Notes: a model not told the origin generated them from the letters alone. Counted from the first letter of the stretch, positions 1 through 11,175 are shown. The stretch: 64,000 bases of DNA from Mobula hypostoma (GCF_963921235.1 NC_086097.1:181228001-181292000), one strand, 5' to 3'. Numbers and translations are program-made.

Positions 1-41
1 TGGGGCAGTGACTGAGAGGGTGGCTTTTCTTTCCCTTGCAG

Positions 42-790
42 ATCGAGCTGTGCAATTATACGTGGCAGGAGGTGCAGGCTCGCCTGATCCAGCTGCAGCG
101 GGAGCACCAGATGTGCATCCACAAGAAGGAGCTGACGGAGCTGGACATTTACCACCGCATCCTGCGCTTCAAGAACTACATGGTGGCCATGGTGAACAAG
201 TCTCTGCTGCCCGTCCGCCTCAGCGTCCCGTTCCTGGGCGACATCGTCTTTTTTTCCCAGGGCCTGAAGTACAACTTTGAACTGATTTTCTTCTGGGGCC
301 CTGGCTCTCTGTTCCAGAACAAGTGGAACCTTCATCCCAAGTATAAGCGCTCCGGCAGCCGCTTGGAGCTGGCCCAGCAGCTCAGCCGGATGGTGCTGCT
401 GATGGGTGTTGCCAACCTCTTGCTCTGCCCCTTCATTCTAGTCTGGCAGGTCCTCTATGCCTTCTTCAGCTACACGGAGGTGATCAAGAGGGAGCCGGGT
501 AGCTTGGGAGCCCGTCGCTGGTCCCTGTTCGGCCGCCTTTACCTCCGGCACTTCAATGAGTTGGATCACGAGCTACAAGCCCGCCTCAGCCGTGGCTACA
601 AACCTGCTGCCAAATACATGAACTCCTTCACTTCGCCACTGCTGATGGTCATTGCCCAGAACCTGGCCTTCTTCTCAGGCTCCATCCTGGCCGTCCTGAT
701 CGCCCTCACTGTCTACGATGAGGATGTGCTGACGGTTCAACACATCCTGACTGCCATTACGGTGCTGGGCATTGTAGTGACGGTGTGTAG
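42..790 (+). CDS. ATG9B: ATG9-family autophagy lipid scramblase, large internal exon (upstream exons lie outside the window)
   Basis: Acceptor tttcccttgcag|ATC at 41/42, donor TGTAG|gtaagg at 790/791. Translation IELCNYTWQEVQARL...ELTELDIYHRILRFKNYMVAMVNKSLLP...LKYNFELIFFWGPGSLF...YLRHFNELDHEL...LIALTVYDEDVL is the ATG9 core. Residues such as QNKWNLHPKYKR, ARRWSL and TVQHILTAITVLG match my recollection of fish ATG9B rather than ATG9A. Confidence 0.93.
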
Positions 791-924
791 GTAAGGAACG
801 GGAGTTGGGTGGCTGGTGACTCACACCAGGCAAGGACAGGACCACTGTGCAAATGGGGAACTCCAAAACACCAGAAACCAGAGTCTATGGACCCTCATTC
901 CAGACTGCAACTGTAGTTCTTCCA

Positions 925-1425
925 CTGCACTAACCTATCCAGGTGTTACAGGGTAGAATTCCCTCTACGCTACACCATCACATACACATGCTCCTGAAGC
1001 AGGCTGAACACAGGACAGATACAGAGTAAAGCTCTGCCCCATCACACAGACTTAAAGCAGAAACAGAATGGGATAGACATAAAAACTTCCTTCTATCTTG
1101 TCTCATTACAGCCAATGACAGGCACAGGGTAAAGATCTATACCATCCCCTCCCATAAAGAGGGGAAGATCCCTCTATACTATCCCATCACACACTCCCAG
1201 GGTTAGACACGATAAACCTCCATCTGCTCTGTCCCATCACATACTCCCAGGATCAAACAGAGACTGAAGCTCCTTCTCACCATCCCATCAGATACAAAAT
1301 GAAGCTCCCACCACATCTTATCACACAATCCAGGGATTAGACAGAAAGTGAAGCTCCCTCTACACTATCCTGACATACATCTGGGGTATGGATTAAATGT
1401 AGAGCAAAGTTTTCTCCACAATGTT
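925..1425 (+). repeat. Degenerate ~50-bp minisatellite (ccctctacactgtcccatcacacactcccagggt.agacacagagtgaagct-like)
   Basis: Recurring cccatcacacactcccagg and gaagctccctctacact units. Confidence 0.75.
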
Positions 1426-1482
1426 TCATCTATTGCGACCAGACGCAACCCCAGTTTTGAATGGCCAAACAGAGTAATTTCC

Positions 1483-3642
1483 TCGGAGGCAGAACGCTCT
1501 GTTCTCAGTAAGGGCCTCACGTTTGTCCCCCTTCGCCCACACCTCAGCGAGTTCCATGTTCGCCATGATGCGGAACTTTTCTTCCGCCTCCGTCTCCGTC
1601 TCCGAGCCTACTTCTTCGGCAAGGACTCTTCCACCCCCACCGATGACCCCTTCTCCCATCTTCAACCCTCCTCTTCTTCATGGACACCCCGCTCTGGTCT
1701 TCTGCCTGCTCTGGATCTCTTTATTGCCAACTGCCGACGGGACATCAACCGTCTCGACTTCACCGCACCTTGTCCCCATTCCAACCTCACTCCTTCGGAA
1801 CGCTCTGCTCTCCACTCCCTCCGCACTAATCCTAACCTTATTATTAAACCCGCTGATAAGGGGGGTGCTGTTGTAGTCTGGCGTACTGACCTCTACCTTG
1901 CCGAGGCACAGCGACAACTCGCGGATACCTCCTCTAATTTACCCCTCGATCGTGACCCCACTAAGGAGCACCAGGCCATTGTCTCCCACACTATCACCGA
2001 CTTTATCTGCTCAGGGGATCTCCCATCCACTGCTACCAACCTTATAGTTCCCACACCCCGCACTTCCCGTTTCTACCTCCTACCCAAGATCCACAAACCT
2101 GCCTGTCCTGGCCGACCTATTGTCTCAGCTTGCTCCTGCCCCACCGAACTCGTTTCTGCATACCTCGACACTGTTTTATCACCCCTTGTTCAATCCCTTC
2201 CGACCTATGTTCGTGACACTTCTCACGCTCTTAAACTTTTCGATGATTTTAAGTTCCCTGGCCCCCACCGCTTTATTTTCACCTTGGATGTCCAGTCCTT
2301 ATATACTTCCATCCCCCATCAGGAAGGTTTCAAAGCTCTACGCTTTTTGGATTCCAGACCTAATCAGTTCCCCTCTACCACCACTCTGCTCCGTCTAGCG
2401 GAATTAGTCCTTACTCTTAATAATTTCTCCTTTTGCTCCTCCCATTTCCTCCAAACTAAAGGTGTAGCTATGGGCACCCATATGGGTCCTAGCTATGCCT
2501 GCCTTTTTGTTGGGTTTGTGGAACAATCTATGTTCCGTGCCTATTCTGGTATCTGTCCCCCACTTTTCCTTCGCTACATCGACGACTGCATTGGCGCTGC
2601 TTCCTGCACGCATGCAGAACTCGTTGACTTTATTAACTTTGCCTCCAACTTTCACCCTGCCCTCAAGTTTACCTGGTCCATTTCCGACACCTCCCTCCCC
2701 TTTCTAGATCTTTCTGTCTCTGTCTCTGGAGACAGCTTATCCACTGATGTCTACTATAAGCCTACTGACTCTCACAGCTATCTGGACTATTCCTCTTCTC
2801 ACCCTGTCTCTTGCAAAAACGCCATCCCCTTCTCGCAATTCCTCCGTCTCCGCCGCATCTGCTCTCAGGATGAGGCTTTTCATTCTAGGACGAGGGAGAT
2901 GTCTTCATTTTTTAAAGAAAGGGGCTTCCCTTCCTCCACTATCAACTCTGCTCTTAAACGCATCTCCCCCATTTCACGTACATCTGCTCTCACTCCATCC
3001 TCCCACCACCCCACTAGGAATAGGGTTCCCCTGGTTCTCACCTACCACCCCACCAGCCTCCGGGTCCAACATATTATTCTCCGTAACTTCCGCCACCTCC
3101 AACGGGATCCCACCACTAAGCATATCTTTCCCTCCCCGCCTCTCTCTGCATTCCGCAGGGATCGCTCCCTACACAACTCCCTTGTCCATTCGTCCCCCCC
3201 ATCCCTCCCCACTGATCTCCCTCCTGGCACTTATCTGTGTAAGCAGAACAAGTGCTACACATGCCCTTACACTTCCTCCCTTACCACCATTCAGGGCCCC
3301 AAACAGTCCTTCCAGGTGAGGCATCACTTCACCTGTGAGTCGACTGGGGTGATATACTGCGTCCGGTGCTCCCGATGTGGCCTTTTATATATTGGTGAGA
3401 CCCGACGCAGACTGGGAGACCGCTTTGCTGAACATCTACGCTCTGTCCGCCAGAGAAAGCAGGATCTCCCAGTGGCCACACATTTTAATTCCACATCCCA
3501 TTCCCATTCTGACATGTCTACCCACGGCCTCCTCTACTGTAAAGATGAAGCCACACTCAGGTTGGAGGAACAACACCTTATATTCCGTCTCGGTTGCCTC
3601 CAACCTGATGGCATGAACATCGACTTCTCTAACTTCCGCTAA
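1483..3642 (+). CDS. PLE polyprotein: reverse transcriptase + GIY-YIG endonuclease (uninterrupted, N-terminus missing)
   Basis: Motifs SVLSKGLTF, ADKGGAVVV, FYLLPKIHK, GRPIVS, LDVQSLYTSIP, GVAMGT, LRYIDD, LPFLD, a Cys-rich linker CKQNKCYTC, and VIYCVRCSRCGLLYIGET...EH...VATHF...E...GMN. The ORF-track start at 1348 is in flanking minisatellite DNA. Confidence 0.93.
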   Translation, partial: SEAERSVLSKGLTFVPLRPHLSEFHVRHDAELFFRLRLRLRAYFFGKDSSTPTDDPFSHLQPSSSSWTPRSGLLPALDLFIANCRRDINRLDFTAPCPHSNLTPSERSALHSLRTNPNLIIKPADKGGAVVVWRTDLYLAEAQRQLADTSSNLPLDRDPTKEHQAIVSHTITDFICSGDLPSTATNLIVPTPRTSRFYLLPKIHKPACPGRPIVSACSCPTELVSAYLDTVLSPLVQSLPTYVRDTSHALKLFDDFKFPGPHRFIFTLDVQSLYTSIPHQEGFKALRFLDSRPNQFPSTTTLLRLAELVLTLNNFSFCSSHFLQTKGVAMGTHMGPSYACLFVGFVEQSMFRAYSGICPPLFLRYIDDCIGAASCTHAELVDFINFASNFHPALKFTWSISDTSLPFLDLSVSVSGDSLSTDVYYKPTDSHSYLDYSSSHPVSCKNAIPFSQFLRLRRICSQDEAFHSRTREMSSFFKERGFPSSTINSALKRISPISRTSALTPSSHHPTRNRVPLVLTYHPTSLRVQHIILRNFRHLQRDPTTKHIFPSPPLSAFRRDRSLHNSLVHSSPPSLPTDLPPGTYLCKQNKCYTCPYTSSLTTIQGPKQSFQVRHHFTCESTGVIYCVRCSRCGLLYIGETRRRLGDRFAEHLRSVRQRKQDLPVATHFNSTSHSHSDMSTHGLLYCKDEATLRLEEQHLIFRLGCLQPDGMNIDFSNFR

Positions 3643-3935
3643 GGCCCCACCTCCCCCTCGTACCCCATCTGTTACTCATTTTTATGCACACATTCTTTCT
3701 CTCACTCTCCTTTTTCTCCCTTTGTCCCTCTGAATATACCTCTTGCCCATCCTCTGGGTCACCCCCCCCTTGTCTTTCTTCCCGGACCTCCTGTCCCATG
3801 ATCCTCTCGTATCCCCTTTTGCCAATCACCTGTCCAGCTCTCGGCTCTATCCCTCCCCCTCCTGTCTTCTCCTATCATTTTGCATCTCCCCCTCCCCCTC
3901 CAGCTTTCAAATCCCTTACTCACTCTTCCTTCAGT

Positions 3936-3973
3936 TAGTCCTGACGAAGGGTCTCGGCCTGAAACATCGACTG
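3936..3973 (+). ncRNA. Minimal type I hammerhead ribozyme motif in the PLE 3' repeat
   Basis: tagtc-CTGACGA-a-gggt(ctcg)gcct-GAAAC-ATC-gactg: stem I agtc/gact, CUGANGA core, stem II, GAAA and an NUH triplet. This copy has ATC where the other copies have GTC. Confidence 0.75.
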
Positions 3974-4132
3974 CGCCTCTTCCTATAGATGCTGCTTGGC
4001 CTGCTGCGTTCACCAGCAACTTTGATGTATGTTGCTTGAATTTCCACTCTTGTCTGGGGCACTGGTTGTCTCACTACTTGTGTTCCTGAAATGAGCCCTG
4101 ATATGTGGTTGTGTTGCTTTCTGTCTCTTCAG

Positions 4133-4286
4133 GTCTTTCATTCCGGATGAATACATGGTGTGGTGCCCAGAGCAGCTTCTGCAGTGTGTTCTTGCCCACA
4201 TTCACTACATGCCTGACCATTGGAAAGGAAATGCAAATAAATCAGAGACCCGGGATGAGATGGCACAGCTCTTCCAGTACAAAGCG
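4133..4286 (+). CDS. ATG9B: ATG9B coding exon (R)SFIPDEYMVWCPEQLLQCVLAHIHYMPDHWKGNANKSETRDEMAQLFQYKA
   Basis: Acceptor tctcttcag|G, donor GCG|gtatgg; 154 nt. The phase-2 junction AG+G gives Arg and joins the previous exon. Conserved ATG9 motif LAHIHYMPDHW. Confidence 0.95.
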
Positions 4287-4857
4287 GTATGGCAGTATCT
4301 GAATTCTACCCTGGGGGGAGAGCTCAACAGGGTCCACCAGAGCACATGGCATCAGGAGAGGAGGTTCTGCATTTCCTTAACACCTTTCACTACTTTAGGA
4401 CACCCCCAGTTCTCTCTTAGCCACTGAAACCCTTTTGAAGTGTGCTCACTATAACACAGCTGTATTATGTGCAGCAGTGTGACTGCGGTAGGCGTTTTGT
4501 TTCATTTGTGGATTGGGGTTAACTATTGATCCCTGGAGACCGGGGAGAAGCCCTTGAGTTTGTCACCTGAGGGACCAGATGTACCCCTGTCATCTGAAGT
4601 GCCTCATTTGAGAATTGGCAGCTCAGCAGAGCAATGTCCTTTTGATGTGGTACTCCTTCAGTGCTTCCGTTCCACAGTACAGGGTCCCATTAGCACTGCA
4701 CCTCCAACTGTGCTTCACTCCTTTCTAACTGTGCCACCAGAATTCAGCAATCCCTCAGTTCCTTCCCCTGACAGTGAAGTGCCAGGTGCTAACTCTCTGT
4801 TGGTAGCACTCTAGTACTCTCTCAATATACCCCCTCTTAACAGTCCAGCATTCAGCA

Positions 4858-5610
4858 CTGCACTTATGTGCATTTCTGGTCGGTCTATTACAGGAAGGAT
4901 GTCGAGGCTTTGGAAAGCATGCAGAAGAGGTTCACTCAGATAAATAAACACGAGGAATTCTGCAGATGCTGGAAATTCAAGCAACACACATCAAAGTTGC
5001 TGGTGAATGCAGCAGGCCAGGCAGCATCTCTAGGAAGAGGTACAGTTGACGTTTCGGGCCGAGACCCTTGGTCAGGACTGTCGAAGGGTCTCGGCCCGAA
5101 ACGTCGAATGTACCTCTTCCTAGAGATGGTGCCTGGCCTGCTGCGTTCACCAGCAACTTTGATGTGTGTTGCTCACTCAGACGCAGCCTGGATTAGAGGG
5201 TTACATTACAGCCTGAGCAATAATGAGAAGATAGACTGACTTGGGTTGTTTATTCTGGGGTGTTAGAGACTGAGGGGAAAGCTGATAGAAGTTTATCAGA
5301 TTATGGGAGGCACAAATAGGGTAGATAGTGCCTTCTTCATAGGTTACAAAATGTCAAGTACAACAGAATATGCATTTAAGATGACAGAGGAAAGTCTAAA
5401 AGGGATATACGGGGCAGGGTACTTTTTCACACATAGGGTGCCTGGACTGGACACCTATGGGTCAAAGCAGATATCATAGTGGTGTTTAAGAGGCTCGTAT
5501 TGAGGGATGTGGATCAGCTTCAGGTAGAAGAGATTCAGTGTACCGGCATCGTGTTTGATGCAGATATCATGGGCTGGATGGCCTGTTCCTGTGCTGGATC
5601 TTATGTTCTC
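4858..5610 (+). mobile_element. CR1 LINE 3' fragment (host of the fold-back PLE insertion)
   Basis: HFWSVYYRKDVEALESMQKRFT resembles the CR1 ORF2 C-terminus; 3' end gggctggatggcctgttcctgtgctg. Confidence 0.8.
4941..5172. mobile_element. Short fold-back PLE-tail insertion inside a CR1 fragment
   Basis: Arms ~4981-5070 and ~5083-5172 are reverse complements. TSD tcactcaga at 4932-4940 and 5173-5181. Hammerhead-like motif on - at 5044-5080. Confidence 0.9.
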
Positions 5611-6041
5611 AGAGAGTGAGGCACTTTGTCAGCCTCTGTGGAAGTGTTGTACGTCCTCACTACTAGCCCCTAACCCTTCTCTTTAAATTTTGAGGCAAGT
5701 GCAGAGAAACCTTATTCAGCCCTCTCCTGAACCCCACTTTAAGTAGATTTGCTTGAGCTTTGTCTTTTTTCTGTGTGGACCTTGGAAACTTTCTACCCTT
5801 AGCCACGTGCTAGCCGCAAACCTGCCTGTGAATGAGGCTTACGATTCTAGAGGTGACCCTTCAGCTTATCTGCAGGTAGAGTGTCTCCAGGTCTTGTGGC
5901 CGGTTGGTGCTCCAGTGAGTGGGGCCCAGGAGAACATTGGGTTGAGCTCCTAACTCAGCGGTGACCAGACACCCAGGCTGGTGTCTTGGACTAGGGTGCC
6001 ATGTTGGGATGGTGGCTGACTTTCAGTTCTGTGTATTCCAG

Positions 6042-6221
6042 GTGTTTATTCTGGAGGAGTTACTCAGCCCCATCATCACTCCATTTGTGCTGATCTTTTC
6101 CTTGCGACCCAAATCCCTGGAGATCATTGACTTCTTCCGGAACTTCTCAGTGGAGGTGGTTGGAGTTGGCGACATCTGCTCCTTTGCACAGATGGATGTC
6201 CGCAAGCACGGAAATCCAATG
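6042..6221 (+). CDS. ATG9B: ATG9B coding exon VFILEELLSPIITPF...EIIDFFRNFSVEVVGVGDICSFAQMDVRKHGNPM
   Basis: Acceptor tattccag|GTG, donor ATG|gtgagt; 180 nt, phase 0/0; strongly conserved ATG9 sequence. Confidence 0.95.
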
Positions 6222-6439
6222 GTGAGTAGGTGGTGTGAAGGGCAGGACAGCAGCACCGGGCCTATAACCAGCACTCACTTCACATGGTCACGGACTCCAG
6301 CTAACTGCACTAGCTCAGCCAGAAAACTGGGTCAGCACATTCATCTTGCACCAAAGAGCCTGTTCCTAGAAACCTTGGGGTTTCCTAACAGGTGGAAACT
6401 CTTGACTCTAATGTTCCACAACCAGACTCTAGATTGGAC

Positions 6440-6800
6440 TGGTTTGGGCTACAGACCCTGGATTGTGTTGGGTTGAGGGCACTCCCTGGGTTTGGGGATG
6501 CTTTAGGGTGGACCCTGAGTTGGGGAGGTTAGGGGTCAGACTCTGAGTTGGGGAAGTCTTTGGGGACAGACCCTGGGTTGGGCAGACTTAAGGGGACAGT
6601 CTTTGGTTTGGGAATGGGCCCAGGGTTGGGGAGGTTTGGAGGATGGACCTTGGGTTGGGGAGGCTTTTGGGAATGGACCCTGGGTTGGGTTGGGTTGGTT
6701 TTTGGGGGGGTGTTCCCTGGGTTGGAGATGTTTTGGGGGATGGATCCTGGGATGGGAAGGTTTGGGGTCAAACCCTGGGTTGGTTGGGCTGCTTGTGGGA
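6440..6800 (+). repeat. G-rich degenerate tandem repeat (gaccctgggttggg...) in an ATG9B intron
   Basis: About 10 units of ~30 bp sharing gaccctgggttggg. Confidence 0.8.
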
Positions 6801-6858
6801 GGTGGAATGCTTTGATGATATCAATTATCTCTGTAGATAATGGTCCTCTCTTTAACAG

Positions 6859-7104
6859 TGGCAGTCAGAAGGCCAAACTGAGGCCAGTGTCTACCAGCAG
6901 GCAGAGAATGGGAAGACTGAACTCTCTCTCATGCACTTCACCATCACCAACCCTCGCTGGCATCCACCACAGGACAGCTCTATCTTCATCAGCCACCTGA
7001 AGGACAAAGTGCAGCATGATGCCGCTGCCGGGCTTCCTACCCAGCACCTCCTCTCTGACACTCCGCTCTGCAGCTCACTTCTGTCCAACGAGTCCGCCAA
7101 TATT
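6859..7104 (+). CDS. ATG9B: ATG9B coding exon WQSEGQTEASVYQQAENGKTELSLMHFTITNPRWHPP...NESANI
   Basis: Acceptor tttaacag|TGG, donor ATT|gtaagt; 246 nt; conserved GQTEASVYQQAE-GKTELSLMHF motif. Confidence 0.95.
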
Positions 7105-7249
7105 GTAAGTATCACTGCACCTTCTGGGATAGCTAGAGTCTCAGGGTGTGGAATGAAGAAGTGAGGCAGCAGAAACACTGGTACAGTCCTCCAAAGGCAA
7201 AACTCCTGTAGATTCTGGAATAACAAATCTGATTGGGTTTTTTTTTGAG

Positions 7250-7780
7250 GCAGTATGAAGATGACAGATGCAGGTAGGGCAGTGGTTGTTATCATTATGG
7301 ACTTTAGTAAAGCATTCAACAAATTTGCTCATGGTGGGTTGATCCAGGACAGTAAGGCATGTGGGATCCATGGAGAATTAAATTGCCTTGGCCATAGAAG
7401 AAAGAGGGTTGTAGTGGAGGGGTGTTATTTTGCTTGGAGATCTGGAACCTGTGGTATCCCACAAGGATCAGTGCTGAGACCTCCTGTCTGATAAGATTTG
7501 GATGAAATGGTAGGTGGACTGCAGATAATACAAAAATTGGCAGAATTGTGGGTAGTGCAGAAGGTTGTCAAAGGATACAACAGGATATAGATTAGTTGGA
7601 TATCTGTATTGTGGAGAAATGACAGATGGAGTTTCGTCAAGCCAAGTGTGAGGTGTTGCACTTAGAAGGTCAAAAGTAAAAGCAAAGTATATAGTAAATG
7701 ATATGATCCTCAGGAGCATTGATGTACAGAGTGATCTGGGGGTGCAAGTCCACAGCTCCCTGAAAGTGGCAATACAAATA
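7250..7780 (+). mobile_element. Degenerate CR1 RT fragment
   Basis: GRAVVVIIMDFSKAFNK...GIPQGSVL motifs. Confidence 0.8.
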
Positions 7781-8789
7781 GACTTGAAACATTAACTCCT
7801 CTGCTCTCCCCCTGCAATAACTCCTCTGCTCTTCCCCTGCATTAACTACTCTGCTCTCTCCCTGCTGAATGTTACCAATACTTTTTTGTTAAACCCTTGT
7901 GGTGTTGATGGACTAACGTGCCTTTTCTGGCTGTACCTTGTAATTCTACAGTGAGCTTGGTGTTTCTCACTTAGAAAGACACCTGTGCAAGGGAGATTAT
8001 CTTTACTTAGCATACCTGGGTAAATATAGACTGGAAAAGTAAAATAGATGAGTACAGATTTCTAAAGGAGCAATATATGTATCGTCATAACAAAATATAA
8101 ATCTAAAATTCTATATAACAAGGTAAATCTGCAAATTTTTGGCTTGAATACTTGACACCACTATTATAGGATGTGGCCTGGTCTGAACATTTAACTACAG
8201 CTCTCTGTTGAAGCTTACAGAAGCCATTCATGATCTTGAATTTCCTCTGCTTCTCACAGCTGGTCTGTAGCTTAAACACGTTCATCCAGCTTGACAACAA
8301 AACCTGTTATTATCCTTGCTTGGCAATACTATGTTTATTTCAGATTTTAATGCACTAATAGGGCGAGCAGCTGCTTCTATTAATGGAGAGGAATTTCTGT
8401 TAATGCCAAGCTGGTTTTCGAGTTAGGGTATTGTGGCTTCATATGCCTTTCTGAGTGAGTGCTACAGTGTCGAAGGGGCAGTGCTGGTGGAGCACCAGAC
8501 TCTCTGATGGGCCTCAACAAGACTCTGCCGCATTGTCCAAGGGAACATCTTTTAGAAGAGACTGAGTGGTAAAAGTAAATATTAAAGATTCTTTCTGCAT
8601 TTTATGAAACAGCTGCAGAGTTCCAAAGTACAAACAGAAAATGCAGCAAACACTCAGGAAGCATCAGAGAAATGGAGTTGACAGAGTTGAAGTCCTTTTG
8701 TCAGCACTCTGAAAGAAACAATAGGCTGTTTTTTTAGTGTGGAGAGGATGGAGAAGGAATGGAACATAACAACAAGGATGTAATGCTGA

Positions 8790-9712
8790 TACCTTGTCAA
8801 GAAAACGACCCACCCAGCCAACACACTTTTCATCCCTCTTCCCTCCGGGAGAAGGCTCAGGAGCTTGTACGGCCGGATTTGGGAACAGCTTCTTTTCAAC
8901 TGTGATAAGACTGCTGAACGGATCCTGACCTGGATCTGGGCCGTACCCTCCAAATATCTGGACCCGCCTCTTGGTTTTTTTTTTGCACTACCTTACTTTC
9001 CATTTTTCTATTTTCTGTTTCTGATTTACGATTTAAATTTTTAATATTTACTATTGATTTGTAATCCAGGGAGCAGGAAGCGCAGAATCAAATATCGCTA
9101 TGATGATTATATGTTCTAGTATCAATTGTTTGGCAACAATAAAGTATGAAGTATAAGCATTAGCTGGACCACTTTCAGAGTATTGTGAGCAGTTTTGGGC
9201 CCCATATCTAAGAAAGTATGTGCTGGCATTGGAGGGGATCCAGAGAAGGCTTACGAGAATGATTCCTAGATTAAAAGGGTTAACATTAATGGCTGTGGGT
9301 TTGTACTTGCTGGAGGTTAGAAGAATGAAGGGGAATCTCATTGAAACCTTTCAAATGTTGGAAGGCCTAGATGGAGTGGATGTGGAGAGCATGTTTCCTA
9401 TAGTGTGGGAGCGGAGGAGAGGGGGCACAGCTTCAGAACAGAAGGCATCCCTTTAAAACAGAGATAAGGAGGAATTTCTTTAGCCGGGGGTAGTGAATCT
9501 GTGGAATTCATTGCTATAGATTGCTGTAGGGGACAAGTCATTGGGTATATTTAAACGGAGGTTGATAGGTTCTTGATTAGTAAGCGTATCAAAGCTTACA
9601 GGGAGAAGGTAGGAGAGTGAGGTTGAGAGGGAAAATAAAAATCTTAATCATATGGTAGAGCAGACTCGATGGGCTGAATGGCCCGATTCTGCTCCTATGT
9701 CTTACGGTCTTA
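8790..9712 (+). mobile_element. Rex-Babar-like LINE 3' end (to ~9155) followed by a CR1 3' end
   Basis: Tail aataaagtatgaagtat, then LEGIQRRLTRMIPRLKGL and the CR1 terminus gatgggctgaatggcc...tgctcctatgtcttacggtctt. Confidence 0.7.
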
Positions 9713-10699
9713 AAAAGCAGTGAAGGATATCTCTGATCTTGTGAGACCAGTAAGATAGTGGTGCATTTGGATGCAGTGACTTCTTGGGGGCGGGCAACCA
9801 AAGGTGTGTTTTTTCTTTGTTCAGTGTGTTTTTATGGTCACAAGACAACACTAGACTCCAAGAACTTTGGGTACCGCAGGTCTACCACATTAGTGAGCTG
9901 CTCGTTGATCAGAGTAGCCAGCTGGAGTGTCGGATGAGCCGGCCGGTGTGTTGGAGGGGATGCCTGCTACTTGAAGGCAGAGTGCAGTGCAACCGTGGGT
10001 GACTTCCTTGGACATTTTTCCTGCAATCGCAAGGCCCTGTTGGACACTATTAATGTAAGATGCCACAGTCCTGTTTCCCTTGTTTGGTGGGACAACAGGT
10101 GGCGGGGAAGCTAAGTAGCCTCAGTTGTAGGGAGGATGAGGCCTCAAGCCATGGACTTGCCTGCTGCAGTCTGCAGAGGAGATGCTAGGGGGGGTGCAGT
10201 GTGGAGTCTGTTCTTGGCTGGGGGTTGGCCTCTCCCATCAGTGCTGGTTTCTGGTTACTCCTTTTTTTTCATTGCTATTTTGTATAATTTTGATCGGGGC
10301 AGACTGGCTCTGTAGCCTGCAATCAACAAACAACACAGCGCTAAATTGAACTGAACTAAACTGAACATTCCTAGACTGTTCCAAGGACTGCAGTTTGATG
10401 TTGAATTTTCTATGTGTTAGTCACTTGGTTTTTGCTGTTTGAGCGTTGGCTGTTTGATGTTTTCTTCGAACAGGTTCCATGGTGCTCCTGTTTTGTGGCT
10501 ATCTGCAGAAAAGACGAATCTCAGGGTTGTATACTGCATACGTACTTTGAATCTTTGATTATAATTTGTCCATTTTGATGTCAGGTTAAGTGCAGTTGAT
10601 ACGTCTAGTTCCTCAACAAGTTCGAGTGACTCCCCAGTATCTCAACAGTTGTAAAGATTCCCTAACCCACTCTGCTTGCTGATCATGTTTGTGGGAGCA

Positions 10700-11175
10700 G
10701 CAGCCACATGGTGCCAGAGACCTGGGTTCAATGCTGATCTCAGTTGCTGTCTATCTGGAGTTTACTAGTTCTAGTGGTAGCGTGGGTGTCCTCCAATATC
10801 ATGTGAACTGGTAAGTTAACTCTCCACTGTAATTTGGGCAGCAAGGTTGCATAGGGATTATTATAATGCTGTTACAGTGCCAGGGACACGGGTTCAATTC
10901 TGCCACTCTCTGAAAGAATTTGTACGTTCTCCCCATGACAGTGTGGGCTTGTTCCAGGTGCTCTGAATTAGTAGATTAATTGTGTCACACGTATGTAATT
11001 GGACTGTGCAGGCACATTGGGCTGGTAGGCCCTGTATCTCTAAATAAAAAATTAAAATAAATAAAATTATCCCTAGTATTTGGATGTGTGTGGTAGAATC
11101 TAAGGGTGAGTTTGTGGGAATTTGGGAAGAAGAAAATGGGTTGGGGTAAGATTAATGGTGGGTTGAAGGGTCTGT
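10700..11175 (+). mobile_element. Two nested tRNA-derived SINE remnants (V-SINE/HE1-like)
   Basis: B-box-like gggttcaatgc and gggttcaattc followed by tttgtacgttctcccc.tgac.g.gtggg; A-rich tail at ~11041-11066. Confidence 0.55.

Larger units (their letters stand above)
1483..4045 (+). mobile_element. Penelope-like retroelement (Neptune-type), 5'-truncated, in an ATG9B intron
   Basis: RT + GIY-YIG ORF followed by a pyrimidine-rich 3'UTR and a hammerhead-containing tail. Flanked by the direct repeat aatttcc (1476-1482 and 4039-4045). Confidence 0.92.

Noticed and set aside
925..1425. Spaced repeats as a CRISPR-like array
   Set aside because: Vertebrate intron, degenerate tandem units without unique spacers, no cas genes.
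1348..1482. N-terminal 45 codons of the 764-aa ORF as a host-PLE fusion protein
   Set aside because: It starts at a GTG within minisatellite DNA upstream of the TSD; chance open frame with no ATG or splice support.
10700..11000. tRNA genes
   Set aside because: Only B-box-like SINE heads; no cloverleaf can be folded.
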